From NCBI GenBank assembly GCA_963665295.1, contig OY762209.1, positions 3,776,001 to 3,840,000 on the forward strand: a stretch of DNA of 64,000 nt, read 5' to 3'. Origin of the DNA: Syntrophorhabdaceae bacterium (GTDB lineage: Bacteria > Desulfobacterota > Syntrophorhabdia > Syntrophorhabdales > Syntrophorhabdaceae). Under the pieces are notes generated by a model. The model was not told where the DNA came from. It made no database searches and saw nothing but the letters and a program-made list of their open reading frames with translations. A program made the position numbers and the translations under genes. Below, piece after piece: positions 17,967 through 27,663 of this stretch. Numbering within the stretch: position 1 is the first letter of the stretch; each line of letters starts with the position of its first letter.

Positions 17967-19022
17967 TTATTCTTCCTTTTTTTCCGATACCCCGGCTTCG
18001 TCGAAAGTAGCCATCTCCCGGTATATCTTGAGACCCGCCTCAATAAGAACCATGGCGAGAGCGCCGCCTGTGCCTTCGCCCAGGCGAAGGTTAAGATCGA
18101 CGATCGGTTCCAGCCCCATCTTATCCAGCATAGACTTGTGACCGATCTCCACCGAATTGTGACCTGCAAACATGTAATCGGCGACAACGGGTTCCAGACT
18201 GTACGCAATGAGCGCCCCGGCGGTGGAGATCAGTCCGTCGATCACCACGGGGATGTGTCGCTCGGCTGCGCCGATGATCAGTCCCGCAATGCCCGCTATC
18301 TCGGCTCCGCCTACTTTCGATAACACGTCCAGGGCATCATGGGGATCAGGCATATTGTACCGTATTCCCTCCTCAATGACACGCACTTTTGTCCGGAAGC
18401 TACTGTCGGAAATGCCTGTCCCCCTGCCGGTCACCTGCTTCACGGATTTCCCGGTGAGGACCGCAGCAACGGCGCTGGAGGGAGTTGTGTTCCCGATGCC
18501 CATGTCCCCGGTGCCGAAGAGATTATACCCCTTGTCTGCGTATTCATGGGCAAGACCTATACCCACCTCAAGGCACGCGATTGCCTCATCCCGGGTCATG
18601 GCAGGGCCTTTCACGAAGTTTCTGGTGCCCCATACGACCTTCCTATGGATCAGTGCATCCGTACCAGCGAAATCGAAATCAACACCTATGTCGATTACCA
18701 CGACGTCTGCACCCGCATGCCGGCCGAGGACATTTATGGCGGCGCCTCCGGCAAGAAAGTTAAAGACCATCTGGCTGGTTACGTCCTTGGGGAAAGCCGA
18801 CACGTTTTCATCGGTTACGCCATGGTCCCCTGCGAACACGAAGATGATCTTCTTGTCAATCCGGGGGTCCGCGGTCCTTTGCATGGCGGCAAGTCTCCGG
18901 GTGAACTCCTCCAGTCTTCCGAGACTTTCGGGCGGCTTGGTCAGACTGTCGAGGCGCATCCTGGCGCGATCGATGAATGTCTTGTCAGCCGGTTCAATTT
19001 CGATGTTCCTCCAAGATTTCAC
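17967..19022 (-). CDS. cobT: Nicotinate-nucleotide:DMB phosphoribosyltransferase
   Basis: [35 protein letters not shown]. Confidence 0.96.
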   Translation of the reverse strand: MKSWRNIEIEPADKTFIDRARMRLDSLTKPPESLGRLEEFTRRLAAMQRTADPRIDKKIIFVFAGDHGVTDENVSAFPKDVTSQMVFNFLAGGAAINVLGRHAGADVVVIDIGVDFDFAGTDALIHRKVVWGTRNFVKGPAMTRDEAIACLEVGIGLAHEYADKGYNLFGTGDMGIGNTTPSSAVAAVLTGKSVKQVTGRGTGISDSSFRTKVRVIEEGIRYNMPDPHDALDVLSKVGGAEIAGIAGLIIGAAERHIPVVIDGLISTAGALIAYSLEPVVADYMFAGHNSVEIGHKSMLDKMGLEPIVDLNLRLGEGTGGALAMVLIEAGLKIYREMATFDEAGVSEKKEE

Positions 19023-19058
19023 TCTAATTCCTCCTCGCGTATTTATAATTCAGTCGTT

Positions 19059-19607
19059 TCATTTGCGGGTTCTTCCCTCTTCGCAGGTCTCTCCTTTGAT
19101 CTCCAGAGAGATGCCTGCCACCATAAGGACAACCCTCGATGCGATATGGGCAATCATTTTGTTCAGCAGACCGAGTTGTTCACGATACTCTCTGCTGAGG
19201 CGGTATTCGGGTACGATGCCCATCCCCACTTCGTTGGATACGATATAGATATGGGAGGTATGACACGCAAGAAGGGCGGACGCAAGGGCGTTGAACTCGG
19301 CCTCCGGGTTCAGCCCCGCATGGAAGAGATTCGATACCCAGAGGGTTAGACAATCGATGATCATGACCTCATGGTCGCGCTCCACCGCGGGAAGTATATC
19401 CGCTATGTGCAAGGGTTCCTCGAAGGTCTCCCAGGAATGATTCTGTCGTTCCTGCTTATGACGTGCGATTCGGGCCTTCATCTCCGCGTCGAGGCCTTCC
19501 GCCGTGGCGATGAAGGCCTTTTTCCCCTGCAGGAGGTTCGCCTCATTGAGGGAGTATGCGCTTTTTCCGCTTTTCACACCGCCAAGTACAAACGTAATGT
19601 GACTCAT
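19059..19607 (-). CDS. cobU: Adenosylcobinamide kinase / phosphate guanylyltransferase
   Basis: GGVKSGKS, EM..RI.RH, IDCLTLW, VSNEVGMGIVP. Confidence 0.95.
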   Translation of the reverse strand: MSHITFVLGGVKSGKSAYSLNEANLLQGKKAFIATAEGLDAEMKARIARHKQERQNHSWETFEEPLHIADILPAVERDHEVMIIDCLTLWVSNLFHAGLNPEAEFNALASALLACHTSHIYIVSNEVGMGIVPEYRLSREYREQLGLLNKMIAHIASRVVLMVAGISLEIKGETCEEGRTRK

Positions 19608-19609
19608 GG

Positions 19610-19837
19610 TTATCCTCCAAGGACGTATTGAACGCCAGGCAAAGGCTTCCTCAACCGATTCCGGGGATCGTTGTTTATAAAACGGTCTTTTCCCTGCTGA
19701 GTCCGATGAGGTCGAAAATTGTGTTCCCGGTCCCGTGAGGTTGTCTGAGACGAGGGGCAGGGGGCCTTGCGCGAACAGTTGCCGATTGTCGCGATGATAC
19801 TGGAAATGAGTGCCGGGGAGAGAACCGCCTGATCCAT
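19610..19837 (-). CDS. Small orphan ORF between riboswitch and cobU
   Basis: AAGGAGG RBS before ATG; stop 2 nt before cobU start; no recognisable family. Confidence 0.35.
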   Translation of the reverse strand: MDQAVLSPALISSIIATIGNCSRKAPCPSSQTTSRDREHNFRPHRTQQGKDRFINNDPRNRLRKPLPGVQYVLGG

Positions 19838-19883
19838 GAAAAAGACCTCCTTATGCCTCGTAAGGGCCCTGTCTTCAAGATAT

Positions 19884-20046
19884 CAGCCCAAGGTTTCCTG
19901 ACTCAGGGACCAACCGCGCGCCTTCCCACCCGTTCTCACGGACAGTGGCCTGGACTTTCCCGTGCGCGGCCTTCTCACCCATTACAGTTGCGGGACAGCG
20001 GCAGATTTGCACTGCGCTTCCCTTGAAAGCCGATTAGTACCTAACT
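19884..20046 (-). ncRNA. Cobalamin riboswitch
   Basis: Minus strand: AGGGAA..GTGCAAATC..CTGTCCCGCAACTGTAA, GCCACTG..GGGAAGG, GAGTCAGGAAACCT; upstream of cob genes. Confidence 0.95.
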
Positions 20047-20184
20047 GTGTACCATGGGAGCGGCGAAAATGCAAGAGATGTAACGGGTGCACAAATTCAT
20101 TGACAATCGGCGTGTCCCATACTACAAAGAAGAACGGGTGCGAACGGATTTTCAAAGAAGGTCATCGAATAAAGGGAGGCATTT

Positions 20185-20847
20185 ATGCGTATGATGATGG
20201 CGGTTCTTCCAAGGATGGTAATGATCGCCCTCGTGGGTTTGTGGGTTTCCGGACCGTCATACGGGGAGCAGGCGAAGGACCTCTCCGCCCTGGACGCAAA
20301 GGTGAGCAGGTTCCTGACTGAAGCCCGGGGCACATGGGTGGACCTCAATGTACCCTATGAAGACGGAAAGATCCTCCATGACCTGGTCCTCAAAAGGAGA
20401 TTCAAAGAGATCCTGGAAATAGGCACGTCAACAGGGCACTCGACTATCTGGCTCGCCTGGGCAGCCGCGAAGACGGGTGGAAGAGTAACGACCATTTAAA
20501 TCGACAGGGAGCGCTACGAAGCCGCCCTCGACAATTTCAGGAAAGCGGGTGTCTCCGACTATATCGATGCACGTTTGGCCGATGCACACAAGCTTGTGCC
20601 TGCCCTCAAGGGTCCTTTCGACTTCGTATTCTGTGACGCCGATAAGGACTGGTATCTCAATTATTTTATGGACCTGGAACCGAAAATGGCCCCCCACGGC
20701 TGCTATGCCGCCCACAACGTGCTTAGGGACGGCGGTTCGGGGGTCAAAGGGTTCATGGAGTATGCGAGGAGGGACCCGGAGTTCCGAACGTCGATCGAAA
20801 AGGGGAGTGGGGAAGGGATTTCCATAAGCTGCAAGGGGGAGAGATAG
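20185..20847 (+). pseudogene. SAM-dependent O-methyltransferase (caffeoyl-CoA OMT-like) broken by in-frame TAA at 20497-20499
   Basis: LEIGTSTGHS...VTTI*IDRE...FDFVFCDADK all in one frame; the stop replaces the conserved Glu of TIEID. Confidence 0.88.
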
Positions 20848-21022
20848 CGTCCGGCGACATGCCGGTAGGTTTCGGCCGGTCTCCTCTGCGGTCTGCGGCC
20901 GGTCCCGTCCTGTTTGTCCCTGTTCTTGTTCCCGTTACAGGGCATAGAAAACAGGAACTCTCTCCATACTGTCGGGTTCCATAAAACAGGGAACCGGGTT
21001 GATATCGGCAATCCCCGCGCCG

Positions 21023-22108
21023 CTACTTGTTTTCCTTGTAGTAGTCGGGGTAAAGCTTTTTCGCGCACTCGGGGCATATTCCGTGGCTGAAGTCCACGTC
21101 GGCATGGGCGCTGATGTAGGTCTCGATATTCTCCCAGTAACCTTTGTCACTTCGAATCTTTTTGCAGGAGGCGCAAATAGGGAGCAAGCCGCTCAGGGCT
21201 TTGACTTTGGAGAGGGCGTTTCTGAGTTGCTCAATAAGCGTTTCCCGTTCCTTTTCAGCTCGCTTATGGTCCGTGATATCGTGTATGGTGGACCGGCTCA
21301 TAATATAATTGCCCTCGTTATCCCTCACCGTGGTGGCGGAGAGGAGCACGGTCATGATGCTGCCGTCCTTCCGCGCCAGTTCGAGTTCTACCTCCTGGAC
21401 CCAACCCTGTTCCTTGAACCGGGTGAATTCCCTGCGGTAGGTCTCCATGCTTCCCGGTGCAAGGAAATCCGAGAACTTCCGCTTTCTTATCACCTGTTCC
21501 CGTGTACACCCCAGCCAGGTGAGTTCCGTATCATTGATCCTGACATATGTGCCGTCGGTGTCGACAGAATGGTAGCCGCAGGGGGCTTTATTATAAAGGT
21601 CCTGAATCTCGTCGGCAAATTCACGGAGGGCTATTTCAGCTCGTTTATGCTCCGTAATATCCCGCGCGATGGTCGATGCGCCGACAACGGCGCCGGACGC
21701 GTCGCTCAGGGGAGATATAGTGAGGGACACGAAGATGCGCCGGCCGTCCTTCCTCACCCGTTCTGTTTCGAAATGGCGTACATGCTCTCCTGTTTTCATC
21801 CTTTCAAGGATGGTCGCCATTTCGCTCCTTCGCTCCGGTGGCGCAAGGATGGACACGTTGACCCCCTTTACTTCCGTCGCGGTGTAGCCGTATATCCTCT
21901 CGGCGGCCCGGTTCCAGCTTACGATAGTGCCGTCCGCATCCTTACCGATAATTGCGTCGTCTGAAGATTCGACGATTGCCGCCAGTTGGGAAGCCTGTGT
22001 ATCTTCCTGTGTCGAGCGGAGGGTCTGGCTCTCCAGGCGGGCAACCTTTTTCTGCAATGCGGTCAATTCTTCAAGGATCTGTTCCCTGTTTTTCGTTTCA
22101 TTACTCAT
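21023..22108 (-). CDS. Tandem PAS-domain protein with C-terminal Cys/His domain
   Basis: IVESSDDAII, WN.AAE, RKDG x2, DIT.HKRAE x2; C-terminal LPICASCKKIR...SHGICPEC. Confidence 0.88.
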   Translation of the reverse strand: MSNETKNREQILEELTALQKKVARLESQTLRSTQEDTQASQLAAIVESSDDAIIGKDADGTIVSWNRAAERIYGYTATEVKGVNVSILAPPERRSEMATILERMKTGEHVRHFETERVRKDGRRIFVSLTISPLSDASGAVVGASTIARDITEHKRAEIALREFADEIQDLYNKAPCGYHSVDTDGTYVRINDTELTWLGCTREQVIRKRKFSDFLAPGSMETYRREFTRFKEQGWVQEVELELARKDGSIMTVLLSATTVRDNEGNYIMSRSTIHDITDHKRAEKERETLIEQLRNALSKVKALSGLLPICASCKKIRSDKGYWENIETYISAHADVDFSHGICPECAKKLYPDYYKENK

Positions 22109-22324
22109 AGTGTATACATTGCATCATACGCAACTACATAATTATACACCATCCAGCGAAAAAATGTGGGTTTCCCGGGCCCTAAGAGGATCGTGTCACG
22201 TCATATATCCGGAAGACGTCGGCTGCGACGTTTACAGATAAACCAGGGTGCAGCAAGGATGGGGGCGCTGTGGTGGAAGCAAAAACCATTGACTCTCAGC
22301 CAAAAAGATGCGCAAATATTCGTC

Positions 22325-23101
22325 ATGGATAACACGCAGGCCGTAATTTTCGGCATCATTGAAGGCATCACCGAGTTTCTGCCCATATCATCGACAGGTC
22401 ATCTTATGCTCACCGCCCATGCCATGGGACTTGACCAGACGTCTTTTCTTAAGTGCTTCGAGATCGTGATACAGTTTGGCGCCATATTATCTGTGGTCGC
22501 CCTCTATTGGAGATCGCTGCTGGTTAACCGGGAGATACTGAAGCGGGTCATCGTGGCTTTCATACCGACAGGGGTCCTTGGGCTCACGGTGTACAAGCTT
22601 ATCAAGAAATATCTTCTTTCGAGCAGTACCGTGGTCCTTTGGTCCTTATTGATCGGAGGTATATTTCTGATTGTTTTTGAACTGCTGCACAAGGAAAAGG
22701 AGGACGCCGTCGAGGACCTTTCAAAGATCCCCTATCGGACTTCTATCCTGATCGGACTTTTTCAATCGATTGCAATGATCCCCGGAGTATCGAGATCGGC
22801 TTCCACCATTGTGGGCGGCCTGGTGTTGGGACTCAAGAGGAAGACCATCGTGGAGTTTTCTTTTCTCCTCGCCGTTCCCACCATGTTGGCGGCCACCGGT
22901 CTTGATCTCCTGAAGAATGCGGGCCAGTTCGATATGGGACAGATTCATTTTCTCGCCATCGGGTTCGTTGTGTCCTTTTTCGCGGCCCTCGCGGGGGTGA
23001 AGTACCTGCTGCGATTCATAAAGAATCATACTTTTATTCCTTTCGGGGTATACAGGATTGTCCTTGTCGCCGTATTCTGGTATGTAATGTATATGATGTG
23101 A
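22325..23101 (+). CDS. uppP: Undecaprenyl-diphosphatase
   Basis: EGITEFLPISSTGH, PGVSRS, EFSFLLAVP. Confidence 0.96.
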   Translation: MDNTQAVIFGIIEGITEFLPISSTGHLMLTAHAMGLDQTSFLKCFEIVIQFGAILSVVALYWRSLLVNREILKRVIVAFIPTGVLGLTVYKLIKKYLLSSSTVVLWSLLIGGIFLIVFELLHKEKEDAVEDLSKIPYRTSILIGLFQSIAMIPGVSRSASTIVGGLVLGLKRKTIVEFSFLLAVPTMLAATGLDLLKNAGQFDMGQIHFLAIGFVVSFFAALAGVKYLLRFIKNHTFIPFGVYRIVLVAVFWYVMYMM

Positions 23102-23172
23102 GGCCGCAAAGGAGTATAAGATGCCGGCCGGAATGCCGTACGGCCATTTTATGAACAACCGTGGTGTCTGCC

Positions 23173-23598
23173 ATGCATGAAAAATATATCCTGAATATGT
23201 TCAATAAATGCAGTGTCGGAAGGCTTCTCGGCATTGAGGTGACGGACCTGAAGGAAGGTACGGCCAAAGGGCGTCTCAAGGTCAGAGAGGAACACCTGAA
23301 CATCTTCGGGGATATTCACGGCGGCATTGTGTACACCTTTGCCGACCAGATAGGGGGCGCGTGCGGAAATACGTTGGGGAAAAAGGCAGTTCTCCTGGAA
23401 TCGTCCATTCAGTACCTGAAAGGAGTGAACGGGGAGAAGACGATATTTGCCGACGCGGCGCTGACTCACATCGGGAAAACCATAGGAAGGATCGACGTCA
23501 AGGTATATGAGGATGATGGTGCGGTAATAGCGATTGCCCATCAGATCATCTTCGTTAAGGAAGATGATCATGCAGCAAAGACTCCGGAAGATTTTTGA
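23173..23598 (+). CDS. PaaI-family hotdog thioesterase
   Basis: HLNIFGDIHGGIVYTFAD. Confidence 0.88.
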   Translation: MHEKYILNMFNKCSVGRLLGIEVTDLKEGTAKGRLKVREEHLNIFGDIHGGIVYTFADQIGGACGNTLGKKAVLLESSIQYLKGVNGEKTIFADAALTHIGKTIGRIDVKVYEDDGAVIAIAHQIIFVKEDDHAAKTPEDF

Positions 23599-24217
23599 TG
23601 CCCTCCTCGCTGCTTTCGGGAAGAGGAACTGGTGGCCCGGAGAGACTCCTTTCGAGGTCATGGTAGGGGCGGTACTGACCCAGAACACGTCCTGGAAAAA
23701 TGTCGAAAAAGCCATTGCCGACATGAAGAACCATGGACTCATGGACATAGGGCGGGTCCATGAGGTGGAAGAATCAGAACTCGCGGATGTCATAAGGTCT
23801 GCAGGATTTTTCAATATAAAAGCCAAGAGGTTAAAGAACTTAATTAATGTAGTATATGACCAGTTTGGCGGAAGTATCGATAATTGTGCATACGTAGAAA
23901 CAGAAGCCCTGAGATCTCTTTTGCTGGGTATTAACGGGTTGGGGCCCGAGACGGTGGACGGTATTCTCCTCTATGCCCTTCAGCGGCCGGTTTTTGTGGT
24001 GGATGCTTACACAAAGAGGTTTCTCACAAATCACGGACTGTACAAAGATGTCCATGACTACCATGACAGACAGCGTTTTTTTCAAGAGAACCTCCCGAAA
24101 GACACATATCTTTATAATGAATTCCACGCTCTCATCGTTGTGTTGTGCCAGACCTACTGCAAAAAAGTCCCGGCCTGCGGCGCCTGTCCTCTTGAGGGCG
24201 ACAGAGGTAAGGATTGA
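23570..24217 (+). CDS. Endonuclease III-related HhH-GPD glycosylase
   Basis: WWP..TPFEV..GAVLTQNT.W, GLGPET.D, VVDAY, C-terminal Cys cluster. Confidence 0.9.
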   Translation: MQQRLRKIFDALLAAFGKRNWWPGETPFEVMVGAVLTQNTSWKNVEKAIADMKNHGLMDIGRVHEVEESELADVIRSAGFFNIKAKRLKNLINVVYDQFGGSIDNCAYVETEALRSLLLGINGLGPETVDGILLYALQRPVFVVDAYTKRFLTNHGLYKDVHDYHDRQRFFQENLPKDTYLYNEFHALIVVLCQTYCKKVPACGACPLEGDRGKD

Positions 24218-24375
24218 GGAATGAACGCGGTGTATTTCAATAGACCTGCAAAAATCGGAGAACAGGGAGTCCTTGTCTTGCCGATGTTGGGGGTATAAGA
24301 ACGGCAGAGCAATGAATGAGATGGTTGTTTTACGCGCTTATTTGGAAAATCGTGGGGAAGGCGGTACGCCGGAAA

Positions 24376-25413
24376 TCAGCCGATGACGCGGACCTTTCGG
24401 CTATCGGATGCTTTCTCGATCCGGCCGATGGTCAAAGCGGTTTCTCCCGATGCCGAAAGCAGATCAAGGACCGCTTTCTCATGCTCTTTGTCAATAATGC
24501 AGATATAACCGATACCCATGTTGAAGGTTGAGCACATCTCCTCGAAGGGTACGTCACCCAGTCTCATAATGTGGGTAAAGATGACGGGCACCCTGTCCCG
24601 GGGGAGTTCTATACGGGCCGTCAGTCCGTCAGGGATTATCCTTTCGATGTTTCCCGGCAGGCCGCCTCCCGTAATATGGGCCATCCCGTATATGGGGAAC
24701 CTCTCAAGGACCGCCATCACGGGTTTAACGTAAATCCTCGTGGGTTTCAGGAGTTCTTCATAAAGTTTGCCTTCAAGGCCTTCGAGAGAGTCGGTAACCT
24801 TCAGGCCTGCGACCTCAAACAAGACTTTCCGTACCATGGAGTAGCCGTTACTGTGGAGACCGCTCGATGCAATGCCTATGACCGCATTGCCTTCTTTTAT
24901 CTTTGAACCGTTTACAATACGGTCTTTTTCGACAAAGCCCATGACAAAACCGGCAAGGTCGTACTCTCCGTCTTTGTAAAAAGAGGGCATTTCCGCGGTC
25001 TCGCCTCCTATGAGGGCGCAGCCCGCCATCTCGCAGCCGTCGCAGATCCCGGCAATCACATCCTGATACACGGCGTCCTCGATCCGGCCGGAAGCAAAAT
25101 AATCGAGAAAGAAATAGGGCTTTGCGCCCATGGTAAGGACATCGTTTGCGCTCATGGCTACAAGATCGATGCCTACGGTATCATGTTTTGCGGCGTCGAA
25201 GGCAATCTTGAGCTTCGTCCCTACTCCATCGGTCGAGCTTACCAGGACGGGTTTCGTGTATCCTTCGGGAACCTCGGTGAGGGCCGCAAAACCTCCAATG
25301 GAATTCATCACCCAAGGGTTGAATGTGCCCTGGATCCTGCTCCTTATCCGACCAAGCAGCCTGTCGGCCTTTTCTATATCGACCCCGGAATCTTTGTATG
25401 TGATACCTGCCAT
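24376..25413 (-). CDS. purM: AIR synthetase
   Basis: YKDSGVD, STDGVGTK, GGETAEMP, SSGLHSNG, HITGGG, TFNMGIG. Confidence 0.98.
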   Translation of the reverse strand: MAGITYKDSGVDIEKADRLLGRIRSRIQGTFNPWVMNSIGGFAALTEVPEGYTKPVLVSSTDGVGTKLKIAFDAAKHDTVGIDLVAMSANDVLTMGAKPYFFLDYFASGRIEDAVYQDVIAGICDGCEMAGCALIGGETAEMPSFYKDGEYDLAGFVMGFVEKDRIVNGSKIKEGNAVIGIASSGLHSNGYSMVRKVLFEVAGLKVTDSLEGLEGKLYEELLKPTRIYVKPVMAVLERFPIYGMAHITGGGLPGNIERIIPDGLTARIELPRDRVPVIFTHIMRLGDVPFEEMCSTFNMGIGYICIIDKEHEKAVLDLLSASGETALTIGRIEKASDSRKVRVIG

Positions 25414-25532
25414 GGGTTCTAATGTAAAATGGATGCTGCTCAGATGTCAATCATTTATTCGAGAAAACCGGAAGCGGGGGCCGGCAAAGGGCCCGTCCGT
25501 TCCGGGCAGAAGAGGGGCTTCGCGCCCCTCCG

Positions 25533-25817
25533 TTATCCCATCTTGCCTACGAAATCCTGAACCGGAATGGCGGGAAGGGTTATAATCTCAACCGTTCCTC
25601 TGGAGCCGAATTCGATTGATACTTTTGCGATCGCTTCGTTGTTCGGAGCCTCCAGGATATTGAGGAAGTCATAGGGACCCAGCAATGCATACTGGGCGAG
25701 CACCTTCGCTCCCATCTTCTCCATCTCCACATCCACTTCTTCTATGCGTTCCGGATGTTTCTTGATGGTCTTCCTGCCTTCGTGAGTCAATTTGCTTAGC
25801 ATTATGTATATCGGCAT
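25533..25817 (-). CDS. GYD-domain protein
   Basis: Y..L...T.EG...IK..PER; Y.LLGPYD. Confidence 0.85.
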   Translation of the reverse strand: MPIYIMLSKLTHEGRKTIKKHPERIEEVDVEMEKMGAKVLAQYALLGPYDFLNILEAPNNEAIAKVSIEFGSRGTVEIITLPAIPVQDFVGKMG

Positions 25818-25990
25818 TCAATCACCCCCTTGTCTTACTCTTGTAGTGTAATTTTAGTATAGTTATAGCCGTTGTCAATGATTATTTGCAGACGGAAGAG
25901 GGAGGCCGGAAAATTAGTCGAATGAGATTAACCACATATTGAAAAAAAATATTTTCGGCCACCATAGGGCACGGAAAGATGCGGTTTCGC

Positions 25991-26008
25991 TTGTGGAGGA
26001 ATTCACAT
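25991..26008. promoter_or_regulatory. Rex-like operator
   Basis: TTGTGGAGGAATTCACAT matches TTGTGAA-N4-TTCACAA at 12/14; upstream of porD. Confidence 0.5.
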
Positions 26009-26191
26009 TCACAAATCAGTTTAGTCTTTATTTTTTTGGAGGAATTTGTATATAATAAAGAGCATGTCCTTTGATCCAGATACCATGAAGAGCGGGCAAG
26101 TTCAATATTTCACATGGTGCGGATTTTATGGCATATAGTGAAATAAGTATATATACTCTAGGCTACGAAAACTCATTCAGGGGGATGTTGA

Positions 26192-26485
26192 ATGGCGAAA
26201 CCGATGGATCAATACAAGTGGCATGAGCTTAACGTGGGTTGTGTCATAGAAGAAGTAGGAAACGCTTCCGAGTACAAGACGGGAGACTGGCGCTCCCAGA
26301 AGCCGGTGTGGAATGATGAGAAATGTATAAAGTGCGGCATTTGCTGGCTCTATTGCCCTGACGCTGCCATATACAAGACAGAGGAGGGCCTTTACAGGGC
26401 TAATCTCGACTATTGTAAAGGATGCGGTATCTGTTCGAAGGAGTGCAGACCGGCTGCAATCACGATGGTGGAGGATGAGGCATGA
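26192..26485 (+). CDS. porD: 2-oxoacid:ferredoxin oxidoreductase delta subunit
   Basis: TGDWRS.KP, CIKCGICWLYCPD, YCKGCGIC..EC. Confidence 0.93.
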   Translation: MAKPMDQYKWHELNVGCVIEEVGNASEYKTGDWRSQKPVWNDEKCIKCGICWLYCPDAAIYKTEEGLYRANLDYCKGCGICSKECRPAAITMVEDEA

Positions 26486-27663
26486 AGGCTATAAAAGGCA
26501 TTGAGGTTTCCATAGCGGCTTCCGTTGCGGCAAAACTTGCGAAAGTAGAAGTAGTGGCCGCATATCCGATCACCCCCCAAACCCACATCGTAGAGCACCT
26601 GGCAGACCTTGTCGCCAACGGCGAACTTGATGCAACGTACATTAACGTCGAGTCTGAGCACTCCGCCATGTCCGCATGCTGCGGTTCTTCCGCGGCAGGC
26701 GCGCGGACATTCACTTCGACGAGTTCGCAGGGCATGGAATTGATGCACGAGATTCTTTTTATTGCCTCGGGCATGAGGTTACCCATCGTGATGGCGGCGG
26801 TCAACCGGGCGCTTTCAGCACCTCTTTCCATCTGGGGTGACCATTCCGATGTAATGGCGGCAAGAGATACAGGATGGATCATGCTCTTTTGTGAAAATGG
26901 CCAGGAGGTGGTCGACACTACCATCATGGCTTTTAAGATTGCCGAAGACAGGCGGGTGCTACTGCCTTTAATGGTGAATATGGACGGCTTCTCCTTGAGC
27001 CATGTTATTGAAGCCATCGACTTCCCCACGCAGGACGAGGTCGATGCGTTCCTGCCGTCATACGACCCCCTGTACACGTTGCATCCGGATAAACCGGTGA
27101 CAATGGGCGCTTATGCCATGCCGGAACTCTATACGGAGGCAAAATATGCGCAGGAAATGGCCCTGATCAATTCCAAGCAGGTCGTGAAAGAAGTGATGGA
27201 CGAATATGGAAAGAAATTCGGGAGACATTATAACGTTGTCGAGACGTATAATGTGGAAAAGGCGGACACCGTTTTTGTCGCGCTGGGCGCGATAGGCGAG
27301 AATATCAAGACGGCCATCGATACACTGAAGGAACAGGGCAAAGAGGCGGGTCTGGTCCAGTTGAGGCTCTTCAGGCCTTTCCCTATAGAGGAAGTCCTTG
27401 CGGCCGTGAAGGACAAGAAGAATGTCGTGGTGATTGAGCGGGTAATGCCCGCGGGCGCGCCGAACGGTCCTTTATTTGAGGAACTGTCGGCTGTCGTCCA
27501 TATCAACGCACTTGGCACGGCCCTGTCGAATTACATTGTAGGTCTTGGCGGAAGGGACGTGTTGCCTGAGGACTTCGAAGAGATATATGGAGAGATTACG
27601 TCAGGAAAGAACACCGTGTTACAGGATGGGAAGAATTTCAAGGTGATAGGAGTGAGAGCATGA
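26482..27663 (+). CDS. porA: 2-oxoacid:ferredoxin oxidoreductase alpha subunit
   Basis: AYPITPQT, VESEHSA, TSSQG, NRALSAP. Confidence 0.95.
   Translation: MKAIKGIEVSIAASVAAKLAKVEVVAAYPITPQTHIVEHLADLVANGELDATYINVESEHSAMSACCGSSAAGARTFTSTSSQGMELMHEILFIASGMRLPIVMAAVNRALSAPLSIWGDHSDVMAARDTGWIMLFCENGQEVVDTTIMAFKIAEDRRVLLPLMVNMDGFSLSHVIEAIDFPTQDEVDAFLPSYDPLYTLHPDKPVTMGAYAMPELYTEAKYAQEMALINSKQVVKEVMDEYGKKFGRHYNVVETYNVEKADTVFVALGAIGENIKTAIDTLKEQGKEAGLVQLRLFRPFPIEEVLAAVKDKKNVVVIERVMPAGAPNGPLFEELSAVVHINALGTALSNYIVGLGGRDVLPEDFEEIYGEITSGKNTVLQDGKNFKVIGVRA

Noticed and set aside
20497..20499. Selenocysteine/pyrrolysine recoding
   Set aside because: Stop is TAA at a conserved Glu position
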